Positions 51,040-64,000 of a stretch of 64,000 nucleotides of DNA are shown here, one piece after another. A program made the position numbers and the translations under genes. Within the stretch, counting starts at the first letter, position 1, and every line of letters starts with the position of its first letter. The notes beneath the pieces are model-generated. The model saw only the letters and a program-made list of their open reading frames with translations. It searched no databases and was not told the DNA's origin. Origin of the DNA: Octopus vulgaris (taxonomy: Eukaryota); NCBI GenBank assembly GCA_951406725.2, contig OX597821.1, positions 31,434,001-31,498,000 of the forward strand, given 5' to 3'.

Positions 51040-53960
51040 AACGTGATTCCAAGCCAACACACAAACCACAGCAAAATGACTGCCTACCACAGTAATGCTG
51101 GTCCAGTCTTTCCACAAAGGCATAACAACAACACCAAAAACCACGGCAAAATCGGAAACGGCTAACCTATGTAACAGTGCAACCACATCTCCACTCAAAA
51201 ATTGCTCCATAAGCAGAATATTCTATTTTAGCCATATTGAACCTGAAACAAGAGATACAAAAACACTTTTTGGCAATCACTCATCTGCATCCTATACTAT
51301 GCTTCACTGCGCCAACTCTCCACTTTGCTGTCACTAACACACACTCAGAATAAAAGAGCCTAGCAACAATGAATAGCTGCCACTACGCTAGCCTCCACGT
51401 TCCTACTGAATCCACATGGTGTCAATCCCTCCATCGATGTATAAAAATGGAAGATCTAATTTATTAAGTGTTGGCTTACTAACAATCTACACTGCATCTC
51501 TTTCTTCTATCTTGACAACTCCCACGTTGACAACTCTCACTTGGAAGCCGAAGTGAAAGTGAGGAATTTCACAACCATCGGCGCGGCTCGAGTCGAAGAA
51601 TGGAAATGCCATTTTTCTGCATGATTCCTTTCAGGCATATGGAAAAATAACATTCTCTGTCTACTGTAAATCTGTCACTGAGCACAACAAAACCAATGAC
51701 CTGATAGTAGTTGGGTAGAGGTCACCTCAAACACCCATACTGTGCCTAAATGAATGCCGGAACAGCATTAAGTGCTTTATTCATCAGTGCCATTCTAAAA
51801 ACATAATTGTGATGAGAGATTTTAATCGGCCCTTTGTTGATTGGTCTACGAACAGTTTGAAATCAGGTAAGCTCACCTTAACTGCTGAAGCAGTAGAATC
51901 ACTTACAGACTTTATGAATGAGTTTTTCTTGTTCCAAATTGTCCTTGCACCAACATGATATCAGAACACTTTAGACACTATCACAATACACAATATTTAA
52001 GTGAAAAAAACCTTCTTTCACACCGTGACATGGTTTTCTGTAACCTGAAATTCCATCAGCCGAAATCTAAGCATAGTGACCTCTCTAGAGCCAACCTATT
52101 TCATACAGACTGGGACGTGATCTATCACATGTTGAATGGTCTTTCACACATGCACACAACTACTCCAACATGAAAATATCTTAGATCTTTTTAGATACGG
52201 TCACAAACATATATGCTAAACACTAAGTACAGTATTCTCCAAAATAGAAAATCCATTATCAGAAAAATAGCCAATAGCCACACAAATATATGCCCTCCAA
52301 CAATGCATCAACAACCAAAAAACAGCTGAGGTGAAATGGCCTGTTGAGAAAATCAAACCCAACACCAAAGCGTTGTGAAAAGCACAAGGTCACTGCCTCC
52401 ACTTTTGGCCCTCTAATTGAGGAAAATAGTAATCTCCAACATAATGCTAAAACCATGAGTTAGACTGCAGAAACAGTATCGCTCTGTTTTTAACAATCCT
52501 GATGTGGTCGGTATCGGTGATGTTAATCCTAAACGCACTGTATAGGACATAGCAATTGGCGCTCCCGATATCTTAGCGGCAATAAACGAAATTAAACGCA
52601 ATTCTGCAGCAGGCTTGATGAGTTCCCTGCTTGTGTCATGAAAGTGTATCGACACCAACTTGCATCTTCTCTTGCTAATCTGTGGAGGAACCCACTGGAA
52701 GCTGATTATATTCCTGAGAACATTCTGTCCCAGAATATTATCCCAGTTTTCAAAAAGGGAAACAAGTCCCTTGCAGTGAACTACCGGCCGACCTCGCTCA
52801 CTTCTCATATCATCAAGGTATTTGAGACGATGGTGTGATCACGGATAACCTACTTTCTTGCAAGCAACAGACTGACGAACCACAATCAACATGGATTCCG
52901 TAATAAAGGCAACTGCCTGACGCAGCTCCTACATCAGTTTCATAACATTTTAAGAGCTTTGGGAGAGGGCTCGAATAATGATGTCATCTACCCTGATATT
53001 AGCAATGTCTTTGACAGGGCGAGTCGTAAGATCCTCTTGAAAAAGCTCTCCAGCATTGGTGCGTCTTAAAACTTTATATAATGGATGAAGAGTTTCCAGA
53101 GAGGCAGAACCCACCACGTTTTATCGACGGTGTAAAATCAAGCCTAGCCAAAGTCAGTAGTGATGTTCCACAAGGTACTGTGCTGGGCCCACTTCTCTTC
53201 ATCGTCTATATCAATGACATTACTGACATCATCAAGCACAGTAAAATAAAAGCCTTTGCAGCTGATTCCAAGATCCAGAAGGTCATTAATGAAGTGAGTT
53301 GACATGGCCCGCAGAATGTGCTGCTAGATTCTCAGAAGTTTCCAGTCAAGAGATATTCACGCCATTTTCCTTCTCTTCTCCACTTTTGACCGACCCCACC
53401 ATGAATACTGTTGCCCACTGTGGTTTCCCTACATGATACAAAGTATCATGAAAATTGAAGCACGCCAGAGGTCACATACAAAAAAGATATACGGAATGAC
53501 AGGCCTTGACTATTGATGTCGACAAGAAAGGCTCAAGCATTATCCTCTACAACGCCGCCGTGAGCGCTACCTCATCTGCATGATGTGGAAAATATTCCAA
53601 CAGCATTGCCCAAATGATATTGACATCGCCTTTAAGACACGCCCAAGTGTATTAAATGTTGTGGGCATCACATAAGAAAAATATGGCACAATTGTTTCAC
53701 CTCAACTGGCCACGTCCTCTTTAACATTATACCAAAACACATTAAAGCAGAAACAGGACCCATAAAGTTCAAGATGTCTTGGGACAAATTCCTTCAAAAA
53801 TCCCGGGCAAACCTCCTACACCCGGTTATGTCCCCATAAACAGTAATTCTCTCCTCGAGTGGGCCGCGTTATCCGATTTCTGATTTGAATTACTTTACCA
53901 GGTTGTCCTATTAAGATAGACATAGGCTGGACCAATACTGTCCGAAACCTATCAAAATAT
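51040..53960 (+). mobile_element. CR1-clade LINE, long degenerate copy (APE endonuclease + RT + 3' UTR)
   Basis: DFNRPFVDW (APE, ~51815), IIPVFKKG...NYRPTSLTSHIIKVFE, QHGFR, VPQGTVLGPLLFIVYINDI, FAADSKI. The 3' end matches 30100-30790. The 5' boundary is approximate. Confidence 0.9.
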
Positions 53961-53994
53961 ATATGTATGTATGTATATATGTATGTATTTATGT

Positions 53995-54268
53995 ATCTAT
54001 TTGTGGTGGTGCTAGACACCATACTAATCATATCTGTCGGGCATGTGGGAGAGAGTGTAATTCGGCAGGAGGACTTAAACGACATGCAAAGGTACATGAA
54101 GCCCAGTTACAACTACAGCCGGCTATTACTGATAAAGTTTTTAGTTGCCAATTCTGTACAAGACGTTGTAGATCTTTAGTTGGACTAAAAATCACATTCG
54201 ATCACAGCACCAGTAACAGTAAGCTTAGTGGAATGGCCATATTCGATAATGCGGGGGCAGCCATCATG
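53995..54268 (+). mobile_element. RTE-like LINE 3' end encoding two C2H2-like zinc fingers
   Basis: HICRACGREC.SAGGLKRHAKVH and FSCQFCTRRCRSLVGLK, then a short tail ending GCAGCCATCAT. Flanked by (TATG)-type repeats. Confidence 0.6.
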
Positions 54269-54619
54269 TATATATGTATGCATGTGTATATATGTATATA
54301 TACATATATGTGTGCGGGGGATTTCTGCTAAGCATCTGACTTCGACATTCTGATTGATACTAAAGTAGAGGAAGCATGTCTGAACATAAGACGGAAAATA
54401 GCTCAAAATTCGGGAAGGAATTATACAAAATATGCCCACTTGTATACGCATATACATACGTTATTTATATGTATATTAATATATTATGTAAATATATGTG
54501 TCTGTGTGTATAATTTTATGTATATTGATTAGCAGACAGAAATTTAGGTAGATATACAGCGAGACAGTTGGATAGATAGATAAATAATTAGACAGAAACC
54601 CAGAGAAAACGAGACGGGC

Positions 54620-54667
54620 AGACAGATAGAGAGACAGATAGACGTATAGATAGATAGATAGATAGAC

Positions 54668-54702
<35 letters not shown>

Positions 54703-54812
54703 GATAGGCAGATAGATAGATAGATAAATACATAGAGAGATAGAGAGATATATATATATAGAGGGGGGAGAGAGATAGGCAGATAGATAGATAGATAGAT
54801 AAATACATAGAG

Positions 54813-54883
<71 letters not shown>

Positions 54884-54894
54884 CAGACAGACAT

Positions 54895-54982
<88 letters not shown>
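54620..54982. repeat. (AGAT)n microsatellite with a higher-order duplication
   Basis: Directly visible; GGCAGATAG...TAAATACATAGAGAGA occurs twice. Confidence 0.97.
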
Positions 54983-55621
54983 CTAGATTGTCGTGTATAC
55001 AGTTTTGTATAAATGGACACAGATGTTCTTGGTCTCTCCAAATTCATCCACAGTAGTTACATGTAATCTAATTGCATGCCATGTAATCAAATTGAAATTT
55101 AACTGAAAGAAAATAAATTAATTTAGAATATTTACAGTAACATATTCAACTTTCCCCACCATGTATTTGGAGTGATGTCAATTTGTACGTAACGGATTTC
55201 ATTTTAATACGGTAGTTCTGCTTCCCTCTTTAATGATGTAGTCTAAATATGTTTGCTCTTAAAATAGTAAATAATATTATGTTCATGCCTGTTTTTTCTG
55301 AAATATGCAGATGGCCATGGTTACTGATTCGGGCTATCTTACAGTCTCTTCCATATGTTTTTATACACCTACTGACAAGAGCACGCACACAAAATTATAC
55401 ACGCACAAACCCACGCACAGACACACAGTTATATTTCCACATACATACATATAAACATACTTTCTTCCCAACTCTATAAACAAAAACATAAATGTGAATG
55501 ATATAAGACCACCACTTGGCTTCGCAGCAAGCGGTATTCCAACAGATTCCATAGTGGCGGCCAGCCAAACTCCATTATTGGCTTAAGCAACTGACCACTG
55601 CCCCCCTACTACAACTATAGT

Positions 55622-55658
<37 letters not shown>

Positions 55659-56004
55659 CAGGATTATATGCCGGTTAAATGCCCCCTTACTGAAATTTTG
55701 GCTTTGAAGGACTCTCTTACCAAAGTAATTTTTTTAAAAATATCTACCAGGTACGGCATTAACAGGTGTTAAAGAAATTGGTGAAGAGTATTTACAACAG
55801 TGTGATGAACCCACTTACTGGAAGATTAACACCTGTCTATATGCACTGGCTACGACTGTAAAAGTGTACATGAATGATATTCAAAAAGGAATCAAAACCG
55901 AAATAACAGAGAAAGAATCATCATGGGTTTTGAAGACAGACAAAAAAATATTTAGTTTAAGGAAGACCGTCAGTCATATAATAATGCTTACTTCATGCAA
56001 ATAA

Positions 56005-57110
56005 GGCTATGGTTGACTGTAAAACGTGCAAGTCGCCGGGACCTGATGGTCTTCCTTACGAGCTATATAAATGTATGACAGACTTGTTCGCGCACCTACT
56101 GGCTAGCGTGTACGCGAACTGGCAACAGAATGGGTTTGTCCCCAGATCTTTGCACCGAGGATTGGTGACGGTGATGAGAAAGGACCCGGAGAAGGGGGAC
56201 GTTTTAGATAATTTAGGCCTGTCACTCTGTTAAACGCAGAAGTGAAGATTTTGGTCAAGGTTTTAGCAAAAGTTTGGCGCCTGTCGCAAATGGTATAGTC
56301 GGGGAGGCACAGATATGTGCCATCCCAGGCAGAACTATTCAGGATAATGTCCATCTTATTCGGTATACCATAGTGAGGGTCTGTGATAACTTAGGCAAAT
56401 GTGAGGCATTGGTGCATTTAGACCAATCTAAAGCTTTTGATAGGATCTATATCTGGCGACTGTGGTTTAGTCTGGGCCTTGTCTTCCGCAGGTGGTTCAT
56501 CGCTCTGTATCACAACATTGACTCGATAGTTCGGGTGAACGGTTTCATTTGGAAGCCGGTCTGCATCAGACCCTCGGTGCATCAAGGATGTCCGCTCTCA
56601 CCACTTTTGTATGTGGTGGATCATGAGCCCCTGCTGCGAAAGTTCAGTGACATCCCGGTAGAACCAGGTTTAGAGGAGTTCGTTTCGGCTTACACGGACG
56701 ATATCACAATCAGCGTTACCACAGTAGTGCGCCTGCGTGAAGTGGGTAAGGCTGTTGAGGTTTACGAGAAGGTGGCAGTAGCAAAGATCAACCGGGAAAA
56801 GTCGTTCGACTTGCAGATCGGCACCTAGGTTGGTCACTCGATGCCTTCAGACAGCGTTGCTGATCGCTGGACGGAGGGACCGGTTAAATTGCTGGGAACT
56901 GGACGGAGGTTTCGATCAGGGAGGCTGCAATAGTCAAGACCTGGTCTTCGCGGTGTCTATCCCTGAAATGGAGTCGGGAAGTGGCCAATGTATTTATCGC
57001 ATCGGTCATTACCTACTACTGACCGTCGTGCCCTGTCCGGATTCGTGATTGATCAGGTTGGAGAGGCAGCTCTTTCACTTTTTGTGGAAGGACATGTCAC
57101 CACTTGTGAA
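56005..57110 (+). mobile_element. Tx1/L1-clade LINE reverse transcriptase fragment
   Basis: KSPGPDGLPYELY, NFRPVTLLN, QICAIPGRTIQDN, LDQSKAFDR, VHQGCPLSPLLY, AYTDDIT, AKINREKS; contains frameshifts. Confidence 0.92.
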
Positions 57111-57119
57111 ATGCTATTT

Positions 57120-58238
57120 GGCGCTTGTGGCTTGAATAAAATACCTATTCGTAATGCAAGATTTGAAGAGCGGAGTTCGACTTTAACAGTTATTTTACAA
57201 ACATATAACGGAAGTGACAAAGGAGCCTATTCGTCATAATTTGCTTCATAAGTTCAATAAATGCAACAAGGCAACGGAAAGTGCGAGTGATACTGAGGCA
57301 GTATATGGGAATCAGACAATAAGCATAAGCCAATATCAACGGTAGTTCAAGAAATTCCGAGCCGAAAACTACAGCATAGAAGACGAGCCTTTCGTGGAAC
57401 ATATGTAGAGCTCAGCAAGAGCATCCTGCAAAGCCTAATGGAACGAAATCCCATTGTAACTGTTGCGGAAATAGCAGAGATGCTTGGATTTGGCCATTCT
57501 AGCATTCATCGAAACCTGCATGTCATCGGATATGTCAGCAAATTGGGTTAATGTGTTCATTACAAACTTTTTGAGACTAATCACTCTCTGACAGTTAATG
57601 TATGTTCCTCTTTGCGGTCATGACTCAGGAATGAACCTTTTTTGGACAGAATAGTTACTGGCGACGAGAAATGGGTTCCCAATAAAAATATCAAACGGCG
57701 AAGGTAGTGGATAGGAAAGGAGAAACGCCTGCATCCCAGGCTAACAAATGTCTTCCCCATGTAATGTGCTGCTATTTGTTAGATGGGATATGAAATGTTT
57801 AGTCTAGTTTGAAATGTTAAAGCTAAACCAAATGATAACGAAGAAGATATACTGCGAGCAGCTTGAGCGGCTTAAGTCAGCGCTAGAATAAATAAGAGTA
57901 TCTTGAGTTTCAAGAGGAAAGGTGTTCTTCCATCAGGTAAATGCCAGGCAATATGCAGCGAAGATGATATTCCAACGCCTGGAGCAGTTTCAATGCTAAT
58001 CGATACCCCTACCCACCATATTCGCCGGACATTTACTCCGCAGTCTTCAAAATCAATTGGACGGAAAATCTGTAGACGAGGTCACAACAGTATTGGAGGA
58101 GTATTTTTCGTCACGGACAAGAGCATTGCAGAAAATGAAGGAGGGTACATGTTAGATAAAAAAAGGCCCTTGTTTATCTTAAGTTTCAAAATGAAAGAAG
58201 TATAAAAAATACTGCATTATTTATGGGATGACCCAGTA
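57120..58238 (+). mobile_element. Degenerate mariner transposon (left TIR missing)
   Basis: Remnants of EPFLDRIVTGDEKWV, EKIYCEQLERLKSAL, FFHQ.NAR and HPPYSPD. The right terminus is TGCATTATTTATGGGATGACCCAG-TA. Confidence 0.88.
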
Positions 58239-58724
58239 TATATGTATATTTATGTGTTTTCCTCTTATAACTCCTAGTGCTTGCAGATATTTCAAACACA
58301 GTCATTTTTAATGCTATTTCCGTAATACAAAACCCATTATCGTATGCTTTCAATATACTTCTTTATTGGCTATTGAAAGTGCAGGCATACGCTCGCTGGT
58401 TTTTCTATCACCATTTCTTTTCACTTTTTTAATATTTCGCGCATTTCTTCACTTTTACCATTATCGACATAATAGGACTTTTATACAATCCATTAGAACT
58501 CCAAATTGTCTTCGAAGTATTACTAATAAAGGGATACACAAACCATTAATACAAGAATGGCGTCATAGCTGACAAACGTTGCACTCCAGCTATATTCAGA
58601 GCCTATTATTTCAGTGATAAAACCTTATTTTCATGGCAGTGTTAATTATATGTTCTACGTCTTCTTTTGTTCCTAGATTTAACTAAAGGTTAAGCTTTAG
58701 TGTGCCTGGTGAAAGAGACAACAC

Positions 58725-58725
<1 letters not shown>

Positions 58726-58781
<56 letters not shown>

Positions 58782-58884
58782 AAATGCAGATATGTGAATA
58801 TGCATGTATGTATATATGTATATATGTATGTATATATATGTGTTTGTATACATGTATATATGTATCTATATCTGTATATATATG

Positions 58885-58924
<40 letters not shown>

Positions 58925-58941
58925 GCATATATATATGTGTG

Positions 58942-59025
<84 letters not shown>

Positions 59026-59032
59026 GTATATA
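58726..59032. repeat. Compound (TA)n/(TG)n/(TATG)n microsatellite
   Basis: Directly visible. Confidence 0.96.
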
Positions 59033-59074
59033 TTATTACGGAGATGTACTTGCATAGCAAGTGCCCTGATCTGA

Positions 59075-59150
59075 AATATTTAAATTTAAATTTAATTTGC
59101 CAAAATATTTTCGTTGAGATCGCGACCTGTTCACTGACAAAATCCCGTAC
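59075..59150 (-). mobile_element. Second copy of the 38.6-kb short repeat with a G3-C8 hammerhead-like motif (59096-59141)
   Basis: Shares TTTAATTTG.CAAAATA.TTTC...CGCGACCTGTTCACTGACAAAA. Confidence 0.65.
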
Positions 59151-59609
59151 TACTTATGTATTGTACATGTATATAGATATTTGCATATATACATATATAT
59201 ATATATGTTTGTGTGTGTGTGTGTACAAGTCTATAAATTGTTTTATTCTTTCAAATGTTTTAGCCCTGATACTGCGGCCATGCTGGGGCACCACCATGGT
59301 AATAACCTTTTAATTGGATCATTCTGCGAGTTTGGCTTTTCGTGATGGAAGGAGTTCGATATTGCTGCTCACTTTTCAGTTTCCCGCTTTGACATCGTTT
59401 CATCTGGGATCTTTGATAATGAGAGCTCAAGTTGTTTCTTCAAAATATCTACTCGCACTGAATGGGTGTCCCTCAGATGGCATGTCTGAAAGAGTCACCA
59501 CGAACAGAGTTCCCTGAGTCACACCACTTTATATTAATGTCCCTGTGGAGAGGGATCCGTTGGCTGCGACAGCTAGACTTCTGTCTTTTAAGATGTCATG
59601 CAACCACTC

Positions 59610-60030
59610 TTAATCGACTTAATCCGTTTGTCTGTCCATATAAAAGCCCGCTGTGTTTAGCCCCTTGTGGGTAGTAGAGAAATAGGTAAGTCGTCTACCT
59701 ATATGTTCTGAGTTCAAACTCCGCCGAAGTCGACTTTGCCTTTCATCCTTTCGGATCGATTAAATAACTACCAGTTACGCACTGGGGTCGATATAATCGA
59801 CGTAATCCGTTTGTCTGTCCATGTTTGTCCCCTCTACGTTTAGCCCCTTGTGGGTAGTAAAGAAATAGGTATTTCGTCTATCTGTATGTTGTGAGTTCAA
59901 ATTCCGTCGAGGTCGACTTTACCTTTTATTCTTTTGGGGCCGATAAATGAAATAAAGTTTTCCCTACTGGGGTCGATCTAATCGATTTGCTTCTTCCCAA
60001 AAAGTTTGGGTCATGTGCCTAGAGCAGTAA
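59610..60030 (+). mobile_element. Family C SINE head-to-tail multimer (183-bp period)
   Basis: GTT(C/G)TGAGTTCAAA at 59705 and 59888; the junction GGGTAGTA(G/A)AGAAATAGGTA occurs twice. Confidence 0.88.
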
Positions 60031-62557
60031 GGATTATTTTAGGCAAATACATTGAATGACTCACTTTGCGATCTCTGCAATCGTTGCTAATTTAATAATA
60101 CACATTTGGGTATATGTTAGATAATTCTTACCCATCACAATTTTTTTTATATTTAATAATGCAACACAAGTTCATTTAAATGCCGAAATTATAATAGCCT
60201 TCTAGGATATTAATGAGTATTCGTCACTCCAATAATTAAGTAGAAATTTTAATTGCATATATTTTACACGCTATGTCAAATACTGTAAGCGAATACTTTC
60301 CTTGCAAAGCACTTATACTCCATTGTTCATTTCGAAACATTAAGCAATTAAAACATACTTTAACTTATCTTTCAAGATATTGTTTTGAATTACTGTTTCG
60401 TATTATCAGTATTGCCATGAAACAGAATAAACATATTTATGTTAAATACTTTCATTTCTTCGTTCTAATGTGTTCAATATATTCATTATACTTAAGTATT
60501 TAATCTAATTATTAAGAAAGAATTTAGTTTAACTTATTTTTTAATATGTCAGCTGTGTTGTTACAATATTCAAAAAGACAATATATACTAAATTTATATT
60601 GATAACATATAACCTTAAGCTTGCTGCTTGGATATTGATATAATGTGTCTTGGCAAAAACAGATAAATCACAATAAATGAATGTGTATAGGTATATGTGA
60701 TGTAGTGAACAGTAAATATCTAACTTGCCAATGTACAAAGGTAACAGCAGAATCAGAAAGACTAGTCTCTGAATAAAGATTTCTATAATGTTTGAATAAA
60801 ATTCACAACAAGAATTACTATTTGTTATACATGGATATGTGAAATACTTTGACGCATCTGTCAAAGCATCAATTTCGCACAACTAAATCAACTAATCATT
60901 GAAATATACGATATTCAACAGATATTTGTTATGTTGATATAATTCCCAGTAAAATATGTCATTTCGTAAAAATAAAGGTTTCTGAATTACAGGTGCCAGC
61001 AAGTTTCTATCAGTTTCCACCTGTCAAATATCATACATGAGATTCCGGTTTCCATCAAACTATATCAGACTTTACGGGCCAACTTTACTGCAAAATATGT
61101 GAATTCAAGACCTAATGAGAGAGAAGGGCGCTTAACGACCTCCATTTGTGAATGCTTCCATGTCGGGAGGAATAATATCAGAAACAGATAAATATGAAAA
61201 TTTGTTATAATTACACAAAGGGGTACAGAAATGATTGTAATTGTGTAATTAAACAGGAATGCTTCAGTATTTACTTTGGTGTCGAAAAGTTAATACACCT
61301 ATCGGTCATGTGATATAATCACTTATTTTAACTAGGCATTTAGTGCCTAGCAATTTCAGTTTGGTATTACTACTTCAAATATTGTTGCGTATGCAGCTGA
61401 CAGTTCTAGTAACTCAGTGAGTAGATCAGAAATTTCTATAAGAAATTCGAATTTATAAGATTGATTAGACGAGTAATGAATTTTGATTCAAATTAAGAGC
61501 ATCCAATATACATTGCAGAATATCTTGTAGATTATATACTGGATTAAAGTATATGTAATGATGTTGAAAATTCGTTTGTCATAAATGTTACTCTCATATT
61601 AATTCTCTGCCTTATATTATGCGAAATGAATTTCTGTATTCCCTTAAGTCAATGTAAGAACATTTATTAACACATATAAATTATCAGTTATTGCGTTTTC
61701 ATTTGCAATATTGATACCAGTACAGAAATATTTAATTACCTGTATTTGTGGGTAAGTATTGAAAACCAATCTTAATGTTCATATGAAAAATATAAGGGTG
61801 ATTGTTCTCGCTCTATATAAAATAAAATTTATTTTGAGAGGATGATATAACTAAAAATTAAAGCGAAATTAAATAGTTCGTCTAGAAGTTCTTAAATTCA
61901 GTAATTCAATCGTTTATGAATAAAATTAAATTGATTGAGTTAAAACTGTTCAAATACGTGAAATATATAATTAACACCAAGATTTTTATGTTTTGTCAGG
62001 TGGAAGGTCAAGAAATATATTTTGAAATCTTGAATATGAATTACATAAATTAAAGAGATAACGAAATAATCGAAAATACATATAATGGATAAATATTTGT
62101 TAAATATTCTAAATTTGCTTTTGCTTTATTTTTCCTCTCAATAATTAGTCTTGCTAAATTGTGCAGCAATAAAACAAACGAAAGACCTGTTTTCAATATA
62201 TTTGCCTAGTGAGTTTTCCACATATTCCTTTAAAATATTTGCTAGTATCTTTAACCCTACTGTCCCCAAATTTGGAGAGCTTTCCTTCACTTCATATCTA
62301 GATGAATTCTTTTGTAATGGTGTATAATCCTACAGATGTTTGAACAAAAAGTTATTCATTCTAAGAATATCAGCAATTACAAATATATCAATAATTGCAT
62401 GCGAACAGGAAAGAGTAGAAAATCATTTCGATCACCGAAGAAGTATTTCTCAATAATATTTATATAAGATGTACTTTCAATTTTACCTACATACATTTGA
62501 TCCCCGCCCCCCAGTATGTAGCTGGTATTTCATCGACACAGCAAAAATTACTGCCAC

Positions 62558-62558
<1 letters not shown>

Positions 62559-62609
<51 letters not shown>

Positions 62610-62625
62610 TGATAATGATGATGAT
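62559..62625. repeat. (AAT)n/(GAT)n microsatellite
   Basis: Directly visible. Confidence 0.97.
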
Positions 62626-63039
62626 TTCATGTATTTGCCCGAAGTGCCAGGAATAAGGGACAACACAAACAAAGACATATAGTGTAGGGGTTTACATATA
62701 ATGAAATGATAAATAAGGTACGTGTACACGGTATACACTGAAAAAAGAAGGGACATATACACAATATACAAAGGTTAAAAGATGGGGTGAAGGATGATGT
62801 AGATGTAGCCCTCCTGATACAAGAAGACATCAAGGGATAATCGAAGAACTTTAATGTCCAAGATTCCTCTTAACACAAAGGGCAAAAATGCCGTCTCCAA
62901 TTCCTTCTTTCCGACTTACAGGTTTCCACTGACTGAGGTCCCATCCACTCTTTGTTATTTTCGCAAATTTTACTAATCATTCAATAAACTTTGCTGCGAC
63001 ATTAAAAACGGTCATCGCACATAGTTCAATAAAATCATT

Positions 63040-64000
63040 CAATAAACTCACTTCCCTATCCACTCTCAATTTCGTTTTCAAGTCAAACTTGAAGAAGTCA
63101 ATGAGAGTTCTATGAAATAGGAATGTATCTGTTCACCTGCCTTTCACACTTGTCCATCAAACAACCGGTTTCGTCACAGCAACTGGGCAAAGGAAAACTG
63201 CCTTGTCTGCCCGATTGAAGGAGGGCGGTGTAGCAATCATCACTACAGATTCGGCCGACAGACGGATCCGTCCGAAACGTGACTGTATCTGTTTGACATA
63301 GACACACAACTCAATAATGCCTGGACACTGAACGAGTGCGTGCAGAAAAGTTTCGTCTGAGAGCAAACTCCGTGCCTGCCGAATCTATCTCGAAGCGGTA
63401 GGGCACCCCGTAGCATTCTCAGGCCAAGGACATCTAGAAATATTCCATGGCAGTTGCCGATCTGAGACTATTCTGAAACAGACTAGCCAGTTCGTTTTCG
63501 TCGGTACCAGAGTTGCCCAGAGAACAACGTCGCACTTCCCCGGCACTAATCCTCTATAAATTACTAAAGCAGAATATCTACCGATCCCATTGCCCTTCGG
63601 GATTGCACTCAGGACTGCAGCTCCGTCAATGAGACGAGCTGCCGAAAGACGAGACTCACAAACAGAGCCCATACACGCACATTGGCCAGAAATCGTAGCA
63701 GATGGCGTAACCTAAGGGAGTGTCTGTGCATTAGGAGGCACATCAAACCCAGTTCAACACTTAGAGGGTGCTGGCAACAAGCTGACTGCCTGACAATTGG
63801 AACGCGTCCGTTCCAAAAGAATTTAAATAAGAGAGGTTCCAACCTCAGTTAACAGCACCAGGAATTCTTCCGTCCTGTTGCCAGTAGCGGTAGACGTCTG
63901 CCAAGAAGTCGCTAAACAAATCTGCTAAGAATACATAGAATTCATAGGGCAGACCATCCAATCCAGGCGGTCTGCGATTTGTACAATTCCTAATTCCAAC
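63040..64000 (-). mobile_element. Tx1/L1-clade LINE, C-terminal ORF2 fragment, degenerate
   Basis: LFKFFWNGRVPIVRQSACCQHP..V.LG...L..HRHSLRLRHL, ET..HALVQCP and FFKF.LKRKLRVDRE are typical post-RT motifs. It may continue beyond the window. Confidence 0.8.

Noticed and set aside
53963-54331. C2H2 zinc-finger host gene (cephalopods have C2H2 expansions)
   Set aside because: There is no TGEKP linker, the second finger is broken, the ORF starts in a microsatellite, and an RTE-like 3' tail follows. A LINE C-terminus fits better.

Overview
This is AT-rich, microsatellite-dense eukaryotic DNA. Its SINE, mariner and LINE content suggests an octopod cephalopod (inference from repeat families, not verified). 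I cannot support any intact host gene, exon, rRNA or tRNA, so the window reads as intergenic or intronic sequence built from transposable-element relics. DNA elements: a full-length dead Chapaev3-type transposon (809-2984, TTA target-site duplications [TSDs]), a young mariner nested in a SINE (8100-9363), a second degenerate mariner, two copies of a GG...CC / 8-bp-TSD MITE carrying TTAGGG repeats, and a non-autonomous Helitron. Retroelements: a probable solo LTR, CR1-, Tx1-, R4/Dong-, RTE- and Penelope-type fragments, and over 20 copies of three tRNA-derived SINE families. Most ORFs in the supplied track are microsatellite or antisense artefacts. Three signals stand out. (i) Short elements next to (TA)n/(ATGT)n tracts carry minimal type-I hammerhead-ribozyme folds with palindromic stem III. 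Two of these families replace the canonical C3-G8 core pair with the compensatory pairs U3-A8 (33001-33043) and G3-C8 (38579-38628 and 59096-59141). (ii) There is a mismatch-free 192-bp inverted repeat at 14214-14607. (iii) A SINE core occurs as ~184-bp head-to-tail multimers with the same junction at two distant loci. Ribozyme activity and novelty are untested.
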